Positions 24,495 through 38,034 of a stretch of DNA of 64,000 nt are shown here, in pieces. The DNA lies in NCBI GenBank assembly GCA_964658305.1, contig OZ210885.1, forward strand, positions 15,562,001 to 15,626,000, in the 5' to 3' direction. A model generated the notes under the pieces. The model was given only the letters and a program-made list of their open reading frames with translations, did not search any database and was not told the origin of the DNA. The position numbers were made by a program, and so were the translations under genes. The stretch is from Leptogorgia sarmentosa (taxonomy: Eukaryota). The number at the start of each line of letters is the position of its first letter. Position 1 is the first letter of the stretch.

Positions 24495-24952
24495 GAGGCC
24501 AAGCGGCAAAAATATCATTTGGCGCACCCCCCTCTAAGCGTACAGGCTACATTTTTTCAGGGGGGCATAAAGATCTTTGCCCGAATTTGAGGGTAGTGAA
24601 TGTCACAAGGCGCCACCACAGAGCGAGAAATTTTTGAACTTTTACAACCTCGGGATTGCCAAAAACAGCGATTTCAGAGTCCTAACTCCGCTTTCTTGGT
24701 ACACTAGTTCAGATGAACGACTGGAGGATTGTTGACATTACCTTATTCCTCAGATTTTTGCCCGAATTATGCTCAAAATCAGTGCCCGAATTTTCCAATT
24801 TGAAATTTTTTGGGGGGAGCAGTTGCCCCCCTTGCTCCTCCCTGAATTAGTATTCAGTAACCACTATATCTATATAACCTTGCATCAGTGAAATGATTTT
24901 TTGATGAGTTTCAATGCATATTGTACTCATTTTGTTTCAGTGCCTGCCAGGC

Positions 24953-25209
24953 CAGGGGTGGAAAAAATAGGCGAGCACGTGAGCACCGCTAGCATGAAAT
25001 GTTAGATAACTGCAGGAAATTTGAAAACTCTAACACACAAATTCTACTATGGAAGCAAAAGCTTATAGTTGTCAGACATCTTTACTTAAATTTTCTGCTA
25101 GGGTCCTACATTTAAACACAGGGTTAGCACAGAATCATTTGGTTGGTCTGCAGGAATTCTTTATCCTCAGGTTGTGCTCCCAGGAAGAAAATTATTTTTT
25201 CCTGCCCTG
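24953..25209. mobile_element. Non-autonomous hAT MITE
   Basis: caggggtggaaaaaata ... tattttttcctgccctg, 8-bp TSD tgccaggc (24945-24952, 25210-25217). Confidence 0.85.
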
Positions 25210-27108
25210 TGCCAGGCTTTAAAATAGTTGTGTAAGTTTTAATGTATTTTGTTTGATTGTGCAGGTCATCTCCTGATGAAAATTGGTCTTATTCACCAGT
25301 CTCATAGGTAGTAATAATTTGAAATTTGGTAAATGCCAAATGCCATTATAATGTTGACTAATGGAATTTCTTTTTATAGTACCATTATGATTTTTAGTGT
25401 GGTATGAACTGTACATTGTAACATATAGGAGCTGTTCTGTGTTTTAAATTTGCAGATCTTCAGAGCTTTCTACTTTCTAGACACTCAAAGTCATCTTCAA
25501 AGAAAGAACTAAAGCATACAAGGTAATATACTTTGTCATCCAGTTAATATCTTATATGCCATACCATACATTTGAATAATGTTAAAGTCTAAAAAAACTG
25601 TATTGCATTACTAACTGATTTATATTTTTGTTAAATTTGCAGATCTTCTGACCTCTTCAACCACTCAAAAACAACATCTTCAACTGGAAACAAACATTCA
25701 CCTGTAAAACACAGGTAAGTTTCACATCTAGAATAATGCCATATACTGGTATACAGTTCATCAATAGACCAAATTTTGCACTCATACAGACTGACTGCAT
25801 TTTTGACAAGTTTTAAATGATAGTTATCAAATAATTTGTTTCATGGAAAAATGTCCAACCAATATTCTGTTTGTATGCATGGTTTAAACTATATGCTCTG
25901 CAGCATAGCAAACCAGAATGTTCAGTGTTAGATATTCAGTTAGTACAGTATATCATTAATAGTTTATAAATATAGCTGTTCAAAATGTAAACAAAGCGTA
26001 ATTGTTTACATTATAACTGGGGGGAGGGCACCTTTAATAAAAAAGTAGTCATGAGACAACATTGTGTACACTACTTAAATTGATTCATCTAGACCTAACA
26101 GCTCATCCTCAGTTTCAAGTCGACAGTTGCACCTTGATAGTTTTGTCAAGGAAAAAGGTAAGTTTATAACTGACGTTCAAATCATGAGATTTTTAAATAA
26201 TAACTATTCATCATAACTACCAATTACCATGCCATTAGTCTATTCATCATAACTACCAATTACCATTCCATTAGTCATGCCACCATGCAATTAACTGCAA
26301 CAAGTCTGGCTACTACAGTATAACTAAATACTTTAATTAACATTGCTTGCATGAGAGGAGAGAAGACATTCAGTGTTGTAGATTGCTGATTTATGTTACT
26401 CTCCCAATGAGTAATAGAGTTTGGATCATGCTTCCTAAGGTAGTAGCCTTGCACAGCTATAACCATGCATACTGCTGAATTGGAAAAAACAGCAGAATGA
26501 CAATGTGTTCTAACGTACAAAAATGTCTGTATGTATAATTAACTCAGTCACACAGCTAGTGCTTGAAATAACATTGAACTTTCGAAGTTTTCCCACCCGT
26601 GATAATCAATATGCAATTATATTTTTCTGCCAATCATAAAGAATTTAATTCTTTAAATGTAATCATTGATCTGTGATTGGCTGTTACTATATGCCATTAG
26701 TCATGCTAAAACAGCCATTTACAGTCGAACATCCCTTGCTAAAAAACTAAGCATGTATGGCATACAGTTGATATTGAGTCTTTTGCAAAGTCTGTGCAAA
26801 TTTTATCAATTTGGTGGGACAGTGAATTTCAATTTCTTAAGTTTTCATTTTTGACACTAGCTGACAGAGCACTTTCTAAAACAGACACAAGTGATATAAA
26901 GGCAGGGCTCAAAAGTGAAGAAATGGTGGGCCCCGCACCACAACACAGAAGAGAACAAGGTACAGTACAGTAGCAGTTCAGTATCAACAGTATGTTTATA
27001 TCATTGGAGATTATACAGTAATACATCAGAGGAGGCATTTCTATTTGGGCGTCGACCAAATAACACGACTGGTTTATGCGATTTTCTATGTAACAAGGGT
27101 CAAACTAC

Positions 27109-27307
27109 CAGGGCCGTCGCTAGAACGTTAATTGGGGGTGCATATTCATATTTTTGCGTTCTGCCAACTGATTTCTTTTGAAATTAAAAGTAAATCTTTT
27201 GAAATCAGTTGTTGATGAATTAATTTCTAAAGAAATCAGTCGACAGAACGCCAAAATATGAATATGCACCCCCCCCCCCCCCAATTAACATTCTTGCGAC
27301 GGCCCTG
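27109..27307. mobile_element. Palindromic non-autonomous hAT MITE
   Basis: cagggccgtcgc...gcgacggccctg long imperfect inverted arms, 8-bp TSD caaactac (27101-27108, 27308-27315). Confidence 0.9.
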
Positions 27308-27500
27308 CAAACTACTAACCCCTAGGGATCAGCCCCTTCAGCTATTTACGGTATGTTCCATCGTTTTTAACTTCCTTTACCATCATAATAAATACATTTA
27401 CTTTCCAGGTGGAATGGAATTTCCTCTTTTGTGGTAGCCTGACAATATAATCTAGTGTTTGTTGATAATCATGTAATCAGTATTTTTTAATATTATTTTA

Positions 27501-30500
27501 GTGTTCGAAGCAAGGGTACTCAGTACATTGAGAATTAAGTTGCTTCTCAACCCTCCAGATTCTAGCGGACGCTTTTCTCTGAATCAAAGGTGTCTTTGGC
27601 ACCTAACGGTCAGCGATAAAGATCGGCTCTCGTTAGAAAAAACAATCAAGTCTTCCCAAGATTATTTTAACACGAAAAACTGGCTGGAACTGTCGTACTT
27701 TGATGGGGAAGAACAAATGGTCATAGTCAAAGACGAAGATTTGAGGGAAGCTTGTAATTTTTTTTGTACATTGTTACAAACACTATGAAAATTATCAAGC
27801 CTTTCTGAAAATCTTTCTTACGGAAAAAGTTACCAAGCAAGCGGGAAAAACCACCATAGTGGAATTACCGAAGGGTACCATGAAACAAGCCGAAGCTATG
27901 TACAAGACGTTAACAAGACCAACCACTTCGTCTAGAAATGAAAATGATGTAAGTGATGAATTGGAACTCCATGGTCTTCCGGACGCAAATGACGAGAAAC
28001 TCAAACGAATGGCTGTTCAGGTAACCAAAGCCTTTAACACGAAAGAGGTTAATGTGAAAACAATCGACAAGTTTACCTTAAAATGTATGAACTGTAAAAG
28101 GGATATAAAACTTGGAAAAGCTTACAACATACACAACATGAAGAAACACCGTACGTGCTGTGTATCACTTGCTTCTGGTGAACAATCCATAGCCAATTTG
28201 TTCCTTGCAATGACGGCAGTTGCTGAGAAAACAAAATCTAAAGCCGAAGAAATGATCAGAATGTGTCAGAAGATGTCCCAGGATGCAAATGATGTAGCAT
28301 TGAGTGCTTTAATAAATAAATTACAGGAAGTTGCTGATAAGCCTGCCTGTCTGTATGTTGTTTTCGCCAAGACCATAAAGGATTTGTGTCCTGAAATTGG
28401 AAGTGAAACAGGAGCAATTGATCCATTGCACACCTGCTTTACAGAGCTCTGTGAAGCGGCAAAGATCGTTGTATCTACCGACATAGACCCCGATGAAGAT
28501 TCCTCAAATTCAAATGAAGAATTCGATGAGTTATGACTAGACAAGCCACCAAGCACGCAAATGTACTTAGACCTTGAAAAGTTTGACGAAGCCGCAGCAA
28601 TGCTTACGTTTTTATCTTCCTCTGGGATTCTCTCGAAGGATCATGTTTTTTATCAACAAATTCATTCATTTTGTACTAGTGCAATGGGACTTGTAGATGA
28701 ACAATTGCTTCCGAAAATGTACCCTGCGTTGTACCAATTTCAACACGCAATACAATTTAACTGCAAGCCCGTTGCATCATATCTTCTTTCTGGTCGTGGA
28801 AAGTATGGACATGGTTATTTGCTCCTTACGCTATGTGCGCCTCTACTAAGGAAGCATTCCAATTATACATATCAGATATTCGGCTTAGTAAGATTTTCCA
28901 AATTTCAAGAATTATTCAAGATGAGGAAAAGAATGTTTTCGGACATGTAAAAGAATTATGGTGTTTCGAACGATCTAGTGTACTGATGTCTTTGTCAATG
29001 ACACAAGATGGCCAATACTTACTAGTTGGAGACTGCGATGACCATGCTCCAGGTATCCATATATGTAACCTTAACAACCTGCAAGAGATACGAACAGTTC
29101 CAAACATTCCAGGGCCTATGGGAATTGCTGTAACAGAGGAAAGAACTGTGTTTGTGTCTTCCAGCAAGGAACATGCACTTGAGAGAACAGGGAAGAATAA
29201 CACCAACGGACCTGACATGACAGTAGCACGATGCACACGCCAATCGTTCCGAATTGTGTTGGACTCACTCACAAGCCTTTCAAATACACTTACTGAGATT
29301 GGAAAGGAAGATCTACTTGACAGTATTTGTTTTGAAAGTCTCATCTTGTCCAACACAATGAGAGTTAGGTTAGGGTTAGGGTTAGTTAGAAAATAGGGTT
29401 AGGATTAGGGATATGCCTACAAGAGAGCTCGCTGTGTGAAAGACGACATGATGCGCATCTATCAGAAACGATTTTCATATTTCATGGGACCTAATTCGTT
29501 TTACCCCGAAAAAATTATCAAGAGCGACCCTCCAAACACGGCCTCTCGTGCCACAAAACAAAGTGTTGCAAGCAAGGGGAGTGGAGATAAAGACGAGGAC
29601 AAAAGTCGGGAGGAAGCAATGCGAGAATTTGTAAGAGAGTACAGCAGGGGTGTGAGACAAGAAAATGTTCGTTCAAAGACAGGAAATTACAGGAACGCTT
29701 CCATATGCCTTGAGTATGAGATCAGCTGCCATTACAGCCTCAGAAAAAGTTGACGACATCATAACTGAATGTCAGACTTTGAATGCGCCAAACGTTAATC
29801 AAGGCAATTCAGTACGGGCCAGGGTCTTGTACCACAGTAATGACATTGTCGCGGTCAGGCACAATTCAAGGAGGGAGCCATCCCCTTACTGGTTAGCTAT
29901 TTTGCTAGATGATGTTTGCGTCGAGGTTGACAGTGAGAAGTTTGTGAAAAATAGAATTAACATCCAATGGCTCAACCTGACAGATTATGCACTGTGTTAT
30001 GTTAGAGGCGATACATGTAACAACAACTCCCCGAAATGTATCATGACTGAATCCCACGGGATCCTTTTTGAAGACGATCAGTTCCAGGTCCCTGCTGAAG
30101 AAGACATTCGACTTCGTTTTTTTGGCAACAAGAGCAGCAAGCACTTGAGAGAACAGGGAAGCATAACACCAACAGACCTGACATGACAGTAGCACGATGC
30201 ACACGATAATCTTTCCGAATTGTGTTGGACTCACTTACAAGCCTTTCAAATACACTTACTGAGATTGGAAAGGAAGATCTACTTGACAGTACTCGTTTTG
30301 AAAGTCTCACCACGCTTAGCGTCGAGTGTTTTTTTTAAAGCCATGAGGGCCGACCACGATATGCCAACCGCAGCGGGATATGCCTACAAGAGAGTTCGCT
30401 GTGTGAAAGATGCACTGTGTTATGTTAGAGGCGATACATGTAACAACAACTCCCCGAAATGTATGATGGCTGAATCCCACAGGATCCTGTTTGAAGACGA

Positions 30501-30708
30501 TCAGTTCCAGGTCCCTGCTGAAGAAGACATTCGACTGTCACGCATAGCGAATGGAGACGAAGAAATTGGAGATGAGGAGGAACAGCATGTAGAAGAAGAA
30601 ATTGAAGAAGAATCAGTACAAGATACCCAAAACGGACAGGGACTTCCCCTGAGACTGCCAGGTGTAAGCCTTTCTGGAAGAAGAACTACCCAATTCCTTC
30701 TGAGTTAA
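27501..30708 (+). pseudogene. Scrambled multi-domain relic: PB1-like, Cys/His finger, NHL/beta-propeller-like, transposase-like C-terminus
   Basis: LSYFDGEEQMVIVKDEDLREA; CMNC..HNMKKHRTC; GPMGIAVTEERTVFVSS; reconstructed FESLTTLSVECFFKAMR. Internal duplications and frameshifts. Confidence 0.5.
29364..29410 (+). repeat. Short interstitial TTAGGG-like tract
   Basis: gttaggttagggttagggttagttag...tagggttaggattaggg. Confidence 0.8.
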
Positions 30709-31493
30709 GTGACAATTACAGTATGTTAAGATTTCCCATGTATACATACATACCTTTACTCGCTGCGTTTTCTATTTAATGTTAATCAAATATAGTATTC
30801 AAAGGTGAGGTGATTACAAGTTCATATGGAAGACAGACCATATTTGGGGGGCGGCTGCCTGGGTACGAGGCTGATAATCAACGAGCCGTGGCGACTATAA
30901 TTGATTTTATTTTGGAATAATTAATAAATATTTTGTACATTATATTACGATTTTGCGGCGCAATCGATTCCGGATTCCATGTTTTCCAACCTACCCTCGC
31001 ACTGTTAAGTGCATAGCCATTAAATGTGCTGTAGTCTTGACATTTTTTTTCAACCCGCTTTTAGTTTCGCGGCAAAAAATTGTAAGGTTTCAGTTCAGTC
31101 AGTCATTTTCGTTCTATGTTAATAGATTGTTTCAAAAGCTTGCATGATGATTTTTTAAATTTCAAAAATTTTATCGACACACAAATTGTTGAATGTTGAT
31201 TTCTAAGTGGCACGTGATTTAAAATTAGAAATATTTACAAATAATGACCTTACGAATGTGACGGGAGAGCAGCGGCATTGCGTGAGCAACAAATCAAACA
31301 CAAAACAATTTCTCACTGTAATCACATACTGCTGCAAGCTATGATCAGTAACAAGATATTTAGGGGGAAATAAAGTAAAGTATGAGCACGTATGAGCATT
31401 AGATTAACTGAACACCTGTGGCCGAGGGAAACATCGACGGTCGAGGGTCCACAAAACACACTGGTTTCCTGAGGGCCCAGTCAATAAGTGTTT

Positions 31494-31812
31494 TATTATA
31501 TACCAATCATCAAAGAAACGACAAAATAAAGTGGAACAAGTCAACACATAATATTTTATTTTTACAATGTTAAATTAAATTAAAGCATTAGGTGAAAAGG
31601 TACACAAAAATTCGCGAACTTTTCATGTCATCCAAAGGTTGCGTCTTCACATGATGGCACATGTGATTTTTTTTGTTGTTCACCGGTGAATAACATATTA
31701 TCTCCCTCTCCTGCTGATATGAGAGAGACAGTCTAATTTTGTCACTCTCACATGATACACTCTCCACTAATGAAACACAAGAAAAGGGAAACTTTGACGA
31801 TTGGTATATAAT
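31494..31812. repeat. Non-coding repeat with 20-22-bp inverted ends
   Basis: tattatataccaatcatcaaag ... ctttgacgattggtatataata. Confidence 0.6.
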
Positions 31813-33289
31813 AATGTTGTTTATGTTGTGTTGAATGCTGGGTGTACTTCATGTTGGCATTAATTACCCGATTATTTCCTGTGTATGGAACAATACAATT
31901 TTGTACCTGTGTGCACTGGCAGCACTGCTATTATCTAATTTACATCTTTGTCAAACAAAGAGAGTCTACAGAGACTGGTAATAAAAAGAGTACCTACAAA
32001 AAAAAACTTGATTCCTACGTGCACAGCGAGGTACACAGTATATTTTATGGCGGCTGCTTTACTATTTTCATACATTTCTGAGTAATCCGATATTAAGAAT
32101 GTTTTATCGAAAATATGACAACAAATATAAAATCAGCAATGGCATTGTATAGTTGTATCAATATAATATTGCCCACCGACACGCAAACGTCGATGAAACA
32201 GAATTTTGTGCGGTTTTATACGTCGACAGTATAACAGTTATATCATATGATTATAAAAGACTAAAAAGTGTACTTGCAACATCATAACATAATGTACCTT
32301 TTCCTCTGAGAATTTATTAACTGATGTTCTACATTCTTTTGTTTTAAAAAATTGCAAATCTGTAAAAACCTCGACCCGCAAAATATCCCATTTTACTTTC
32401 ATTGTCAAGAATTGCTTTGAAGTGTATATATCAAACATTGTATTATCCAAGAATGCAAAGTCAAAGCTCTTCCATGCATATCGTACAACTTAGCTACATT
32501 ATTTTTATAAACTCGAATATACGTTTAATACAATTTGAAATATTTGTTTCATTACCTTCATAAATACAGTGCACAGGCACAATAAAAAACGTAAAAAGAT
32601 ATTTAACTTCTTTAACTTCTTTATTCTTACTTTGTATAAGAATGACTGTGCATATACTTGCATGGTTTTGAAAGAACATGTGTACTGTATACATGCGAAC
32701 ACTTATAATATATATATATATACACATTGTGTGGCCATTGATTGTGTCACTGATTCTGTAGCCTATATATTATAGATTTACAAAGTTTATCTAAACTTAA
32801 CCAGATGTCTTGAGAGACAAATTACTAAACATCTGCTATTAGTGATATTATCAGTATTATTACTATTAATAATAAAGATAATCCTCGCATGTCTGGGGGT
32901 AATTTCATGCGAGTTCAGCTGTGTGACTTTCTCGCTTGTTCGAAAAACACAGAATGATTTGTTTTGGCCGTGTTTACATTGCGTGAAAAGACTGGGGCTG
33001 ATATTGCATATTTTGGCTTCAAATTTCCGGCCAGAAGTAGCCTTCCAGTTTTATTTAGTTCAATGGAGCAAGCACCCCTACCGTGCGTGTTCGAAACGCC
33101 CTCCCCCCCTGGGATTTGCTATGCAGGCTAACGATCCTGTGACTTGTACATAATACATTTTTTTTACCCAGGGAATGCGAAGAGGTTGCCATAGATACCA
33201 TTGCTTGTTGTTCTGTTCCATCCGCCTTGGATGGCAGTCGTGCAAAATACTTTTTAATGTACTTCAGAAGTACAATGACACAGATTGCT

Positions 33290-35245
33290 TTCAGGCCGGC
33301 CTTTTAGGCCAAGAGAGACTGGAACCCCTTACATTCAGGATACAATCAACATGTGAAGAAAAAGTTGACAAAGCCTGTAGAGCTGTATGCAAAGAGATTT
33401 CGCCAAGTGCTAATGAGGAGCTCTTGGAGTCCTACCGGCGATCACAGTCTATACCGGTCATGCCAAAAGAAACTGCACTAGTAATGGCATACAGAAATGC
33501 CCAGACAAAAAGTCTGAAGTCTACGATTCTCAGTATATATGCCTCCCACTACACATCGCAAGAGCTGAAGCAAATGCATGTGCATTTTGAAAAGCTGAGT
33601 GAACCCCAGATAGCGAGGGCGCAGACAGTCAGCATTGGACTTGAACAAGTTGTGTCAAAAGGAGGTCAACATAATGCAGAAACTAGTGGAAGACCTCAAG
33701 TAGAGTGGGGCCCAATCAAGTTGGTGTGAGGCTACACAGAAGAGTCTGTGAGATGGTAAATGCTCCCTGAAGACGGAAGAGAGCACCTGCATCGACCATT
33801 TCAGGCAGATTGCACTCAGTGATCGTCAGTGTAACGAATTCAGCTGCAACCACAACCATGAAGATGAATGCAAGGATTGTGAATTCTTTGAAGACCACAA
33901 TATTGTCTATCTCTACATGTCCCCCACTGAATCTATACAAGAAGAACAGAAAGAAGATCGTCTTTACGATGCCAACCAAGCCCAAGAGATGGTTTTCAAG
34001 TGAAAGGCACATATCTTGAGAGCAGAAAACGAGGAGCATGATAAGCAAGATGCCCGTACAGTTTTAGACAGCGAAACAGTGATTGCGGTTGACTGGGCAA
34101 TGAAATTTAATCAGCTCAAGTATTGGGAGAAGCAAGCAGAGTGGTATGGAAAACAGGGTGTCAACTTGGCACATAAGCTGTGTAATCTCCAGAACTGAGG
34201 AAGGTCGAGATTTAGAGATCTGAGCGTACATCCACTTGATCGACAGCTGCTCCCAGGATTGCTATACTGTGTTTGCCATCCTTGCTCATCTCCTGGTCAC
34301 ATTGAAAACCGCATGCCCACAGATAAAGAGAGAGTATGGAGCTGGTACTGTTTATTATATATATATTAGAAATTTTTACACAAATGACACGTTGCTCTAA
34401 TAGAAAAAACACTGCACGTTTGATAATGGTGATCTGATAGTGACTAGCAAATAGCGTGCATTTGACAAACATCCCTGATGCAGTTTGCAAATCCATGCGA
34501 TGTATGAGGAAAGTCACCTAGAGCCCGCACACATTCTTTGTTTATAATCCTGGAGTCATTTAAACATTGGTTGTGTGTCATTCTTCATGTTCTAAATAGC
34601 AAGGCATATGCACGCATATTGCTGATATCTTTTATTGTGTTATTTAGTGTTACAATCCGTTCCACAGGTATCACTTTTCAGAAGCGCAGTCAGGGAAAGG
34701 AAAGACGTTTGCAACAGGATCCCAAGTCCACTGAAGATTGCACTGCGCTGATACTGTGACAAGGGCAACAACATTTTGAATACGTCCGACATGCACCATG
34801 CACTGGAAGCTTGACAAGTGAGGGGAACTACAGCAGCAGTAGGTGGAATATGGCACAACCAGAGAGCACTACAAACAGATAAAATTGCAGGATTCAGCTC
34901 TTACCATAACTTCTTTTATCGACCAAATGGTGTTGTCATGCACAAAACGTATGAAAATTGTCCAGAAAAATTGTCAAGTGGGAAGAACGTAACATAAGAT
35001 GCCAAAGTCAGGTCAGGACTGAGGTACATACGAGTTTCTTTCCTTTCATCCCAAGACCAATGCTGCTTCATGGTATCCTGCAAGACACAGATGAAACTGA
35101 TGTCCAGGATGAAAGTGTCATGTTAGATTGCAAAGATCCTGGCTGTGGGAAGACGTTTCCAACACTTGAAGCTTTACAAGATCACATTGACTTTGGGGAG
35201 CACAGACATGATATTGAGACATCTAAAATAGACTTCTTTAAATAG
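33290..35245 (+). pseudogene. Degenerate Sola-like (probably Sola3-type) DDD transposase with C2H2 finger
   Basis: VDWAMKF..Y.EKQAEWYGKQGVN, HFSEAQSG..KDVCNR (34672-34720), CKDPGCGKTFPTLEALQDHIDFGEH. Many disruptions. Confidence 0.55.
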
Positions 35246-35935
35246 ATTTCTTTCAAGCAAACATATTTCCTGAGTATATCATCGATGTCTTGGCATGATT
35301 CGCACTTCATCAATTCCAACACTTCTTGGGCAGTTGCCCATTTTAGATTTGAGGTTGATAATAACCGAAAGGCCACAAAAAGTCACAAACAAAATCATTA
35401 CAAAATCCGGTTACAAAATCTTATACAAACATTTATTTGAAGCAAATACGGCCCATAGAGTAGTGTACAAAAATCTAGGAGAACTTTGGCCTTGGCTTTA
35501 TCAGACTTGCCACTCTGAGGAAATTCAACTTGGAAAGGTTGAAAAACGGAACACAAGGAAGTGGGCAAATCACCAAAATCCAGTTCTAAGCACATTCTCG
35601 CTTCCCTCAGAATGATGGTATCTGGGTACTCATTTCATCGTCAGAGTGCAAACTGTATGTTGTGTCTGGTACAGTATAATTCTAGAAATCTCAGAGCCCG
35701 CCAAAATCAAGCATGGCATGGTCAGATGTATTGGCCTGGAAATGTTGATAAGTATAACACTACAGAGTTATAAAACCTATCATCGTTTGCCCTTTTTTCT
35801 GGTGTTTGGGTGTCTCGCCTTCAAATGGTCAGAGTAAAATAAATCCATCCAGGACAGTAAATAAAGTGGCATGGGACATGTTGTTTATTTGCTCTGGTGT
35901 TTTGGCCAAAACGCTAGAGTAAAATAAATCCATGT

Positions 35936-36130
35936 TTAGTATATGGACATTTGAACTGTCCTCTTACAGCAATTGCAATTTCTTATACCATCAGGAGTTG
36001 CACTAATAAATGGAATACTATTGTTTATTAACAGCCCAGGTTCTGTGAAATGCATGTTTGTGTGCTGACGCTTGTAACACTTAATGTAACACTCTTTTGC
36101 CTTACTTTCATTTTCAATTCCAAATTGCAT
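35936..36130 (-). pseudogene. YqaJ / lambda-exonuclease-like domain fragment
   Basis: FGIENESKA..Y...EPGLLIN..PFISATPDGI..CNCC. Confidence 0.75.
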
Positions 36131-36152
36131 TGGTTTGGGGGAGGTTTCCGTG

Positions 36153-38030
36153 AGTAGTAGACGTTTAATTTATTTTTTTTTGGTGGGGGAGCGGGAACCT
36201 AAATTTTTTACTATAGATTAGTATTGCATGTTACTAAAAATAGATTTGCATAGTCAGCAAAAAGTGTTTTTTGGATTGGGGGAGTAAGAAAAATGGTACT
36301 AAATAGCTGAAAAAAATAGTAGAATTTTGCTAAAGTTGGGAAACAATTTGAATTTTTGTTGGCTGTTGGGTGTGGTTGGTTGTGATGTGTTCTGCGTTGC
36401 CAGGGTTACCTTGTGGGCAATGTGTGGTATTAGCAGAGCTCTTACGCCGAAGCCTTGGTTGGGCATAATGATTGTGACTTGAATTTCGCACTTTTTTATG
36501 TATTTGTTTTTCGGAAGTGATGCAATGTATGACGTGTCATGCTCTGATTGGTTGTTTCTGTTGGTGCGCTGTGATTGGTTGTTTTTTCTAGTTTTCCTGT
36601 TTTTAGGGTGTTTTTTGGTTTTTCCAGAAGTGTTTTGTTTTTTTGCGGTGGCGGACAGTGATTGGTCGTTTTGGGGACACAATGTAATTGGTTGTTTGCG
36701 ATGGGTGTTTCTGATGCTGTATGTGATTGGTTGAGTCGACGGATCGGTACTATATAAGTCCGGTTGATGTGGTTTGGAAAGTAAAACAAAGCGCTATCTC
36801 GTATTAGAAGTAAACTGAGTCAAGAAAACCACATAGTTATGGAACAGAAGTATGCCGAGGAAGTGAAGGCCTTTTTTGAAGGCGAGTCCTCCGACGAGGA
36901 TTTCAGCAACGTAGGGTTTGCTGAGCGCCTCGTCGAAGAGGCGCTCAAAGAGCAAGAGGAGTTGGAAAACGGCTACAAAAAACTCGCTGCAGCGCATTGG
37001 ACTGCGCCATGCGAAACCTGCGAGCGAGAGAGGAAAAAGCGAAATGAGGGGAGGAGGAGAAAGCAAGATGAGGGGAAGAAAAAGCCAGATGAACAAACTG
37101 ATGAGAAGACGAAATGAGACGAACTGAATAGTTTATTAGAAGTTACAAAAGGAACGAGTACCTTAAAATATTTGAATGTAAAAAAGGATTGTTTTTGCTG
37201 GCAATCAGTAACATTATTAAATATATATGTCTGCGGGTCTAACGTAAACATCGGTTTTTTATACTTTATTTTTTGCGTGCGAGGTTAATCCATACTTATA
37301 TCTTTGTTTTCTCATTACGTTATATTGCGTTTTGTCTTATCTCATGAAAGTTGTTGGACAGTAAAGTAGCTAATTCAGTTTCATGTCAATACACTTGGGA
37401 TGATACCTCATATGTAGTTAAAAATTCACCATTCTAAGCCCTTTAATATCACTTATTTTGCAACACATGTCGCAGCATATTTCGTTTTCATCCCTTTTCT
37501 TATTTTTGCAATAGTATTTGTAATTTGTCTTTTTGACACTTGAATATGGACAGTGCTCGTTTGGCATCCACATCTCTTTTCTTTCATCAAAGTGCGACAA
37601 TGGTCGAAGACCAGGTTCGTACAAATCGCATTTAAAACACCCACAATAGTATGTCGATTTGAATTTGCCGTCGATCCTAGACAGGAGTGTGATTTAGGTT
37701 AGATTTTCATTTTGTGCTGTTTTTCACATCTAGCGTGATGTCTTAATTGGAGAATGTTTTATTTACCTTCTTCCGAATAGGCTTAATCCCTCTGTTTTGT
37801 TGTCTTTGTTTGTTTGTTCTTTTTCTGGTTCAATTATTTCGACGTTCGATTTTGCCAACGATTCGGAAGGCAATGTCGAAGGTGTTGAAGCGTCTTTTTG
37901 TTCGGGACTGGGTGATGTTGTTGTTACACCGCTTTTAATCAGTGTTATGCTCTTACCGCCCATTTGTTTGCGTGTTTTTTTTTCGTGGATTTCGGATTCT
38001 CTTTTGCTGCATTCAAGCCTGTTTTCTGGG
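36153..38030. mobile_element. Probable Polinton/Maverick terminal fragment
   Basis: Starts AGTAGTAGAC (Polinton-type terminus). Contains a CCAAT array + TATA + a short acidic/basic ORF (36839-37117) and a minus-strand ORF with a QMGG motif. Confidence 0.45.
36544..36758 (+). promoter_or_regulatory. Five inverted CCAAT boxes (ATTGG) upstream of TATATAAG
   Basis: (g/a)attgg at ~36546, 36573, 36660, 36686 and 36725; tatataag at 36751; ATG at 36839. Confidence 0.55.
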
Positions 38031-38034
38031 AGCC

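Noticed and set aside
29364..29410. True telomere or chromosome fusion site
   Set aside because: Only a few degenerate units, one orientation, embedded in a decayed ORF.
31842..33153. Short hydrophobic ORFs in AT-rich DNA
   Set aside because: Low-complexity composition and no recognisable motifs; likely spurious.
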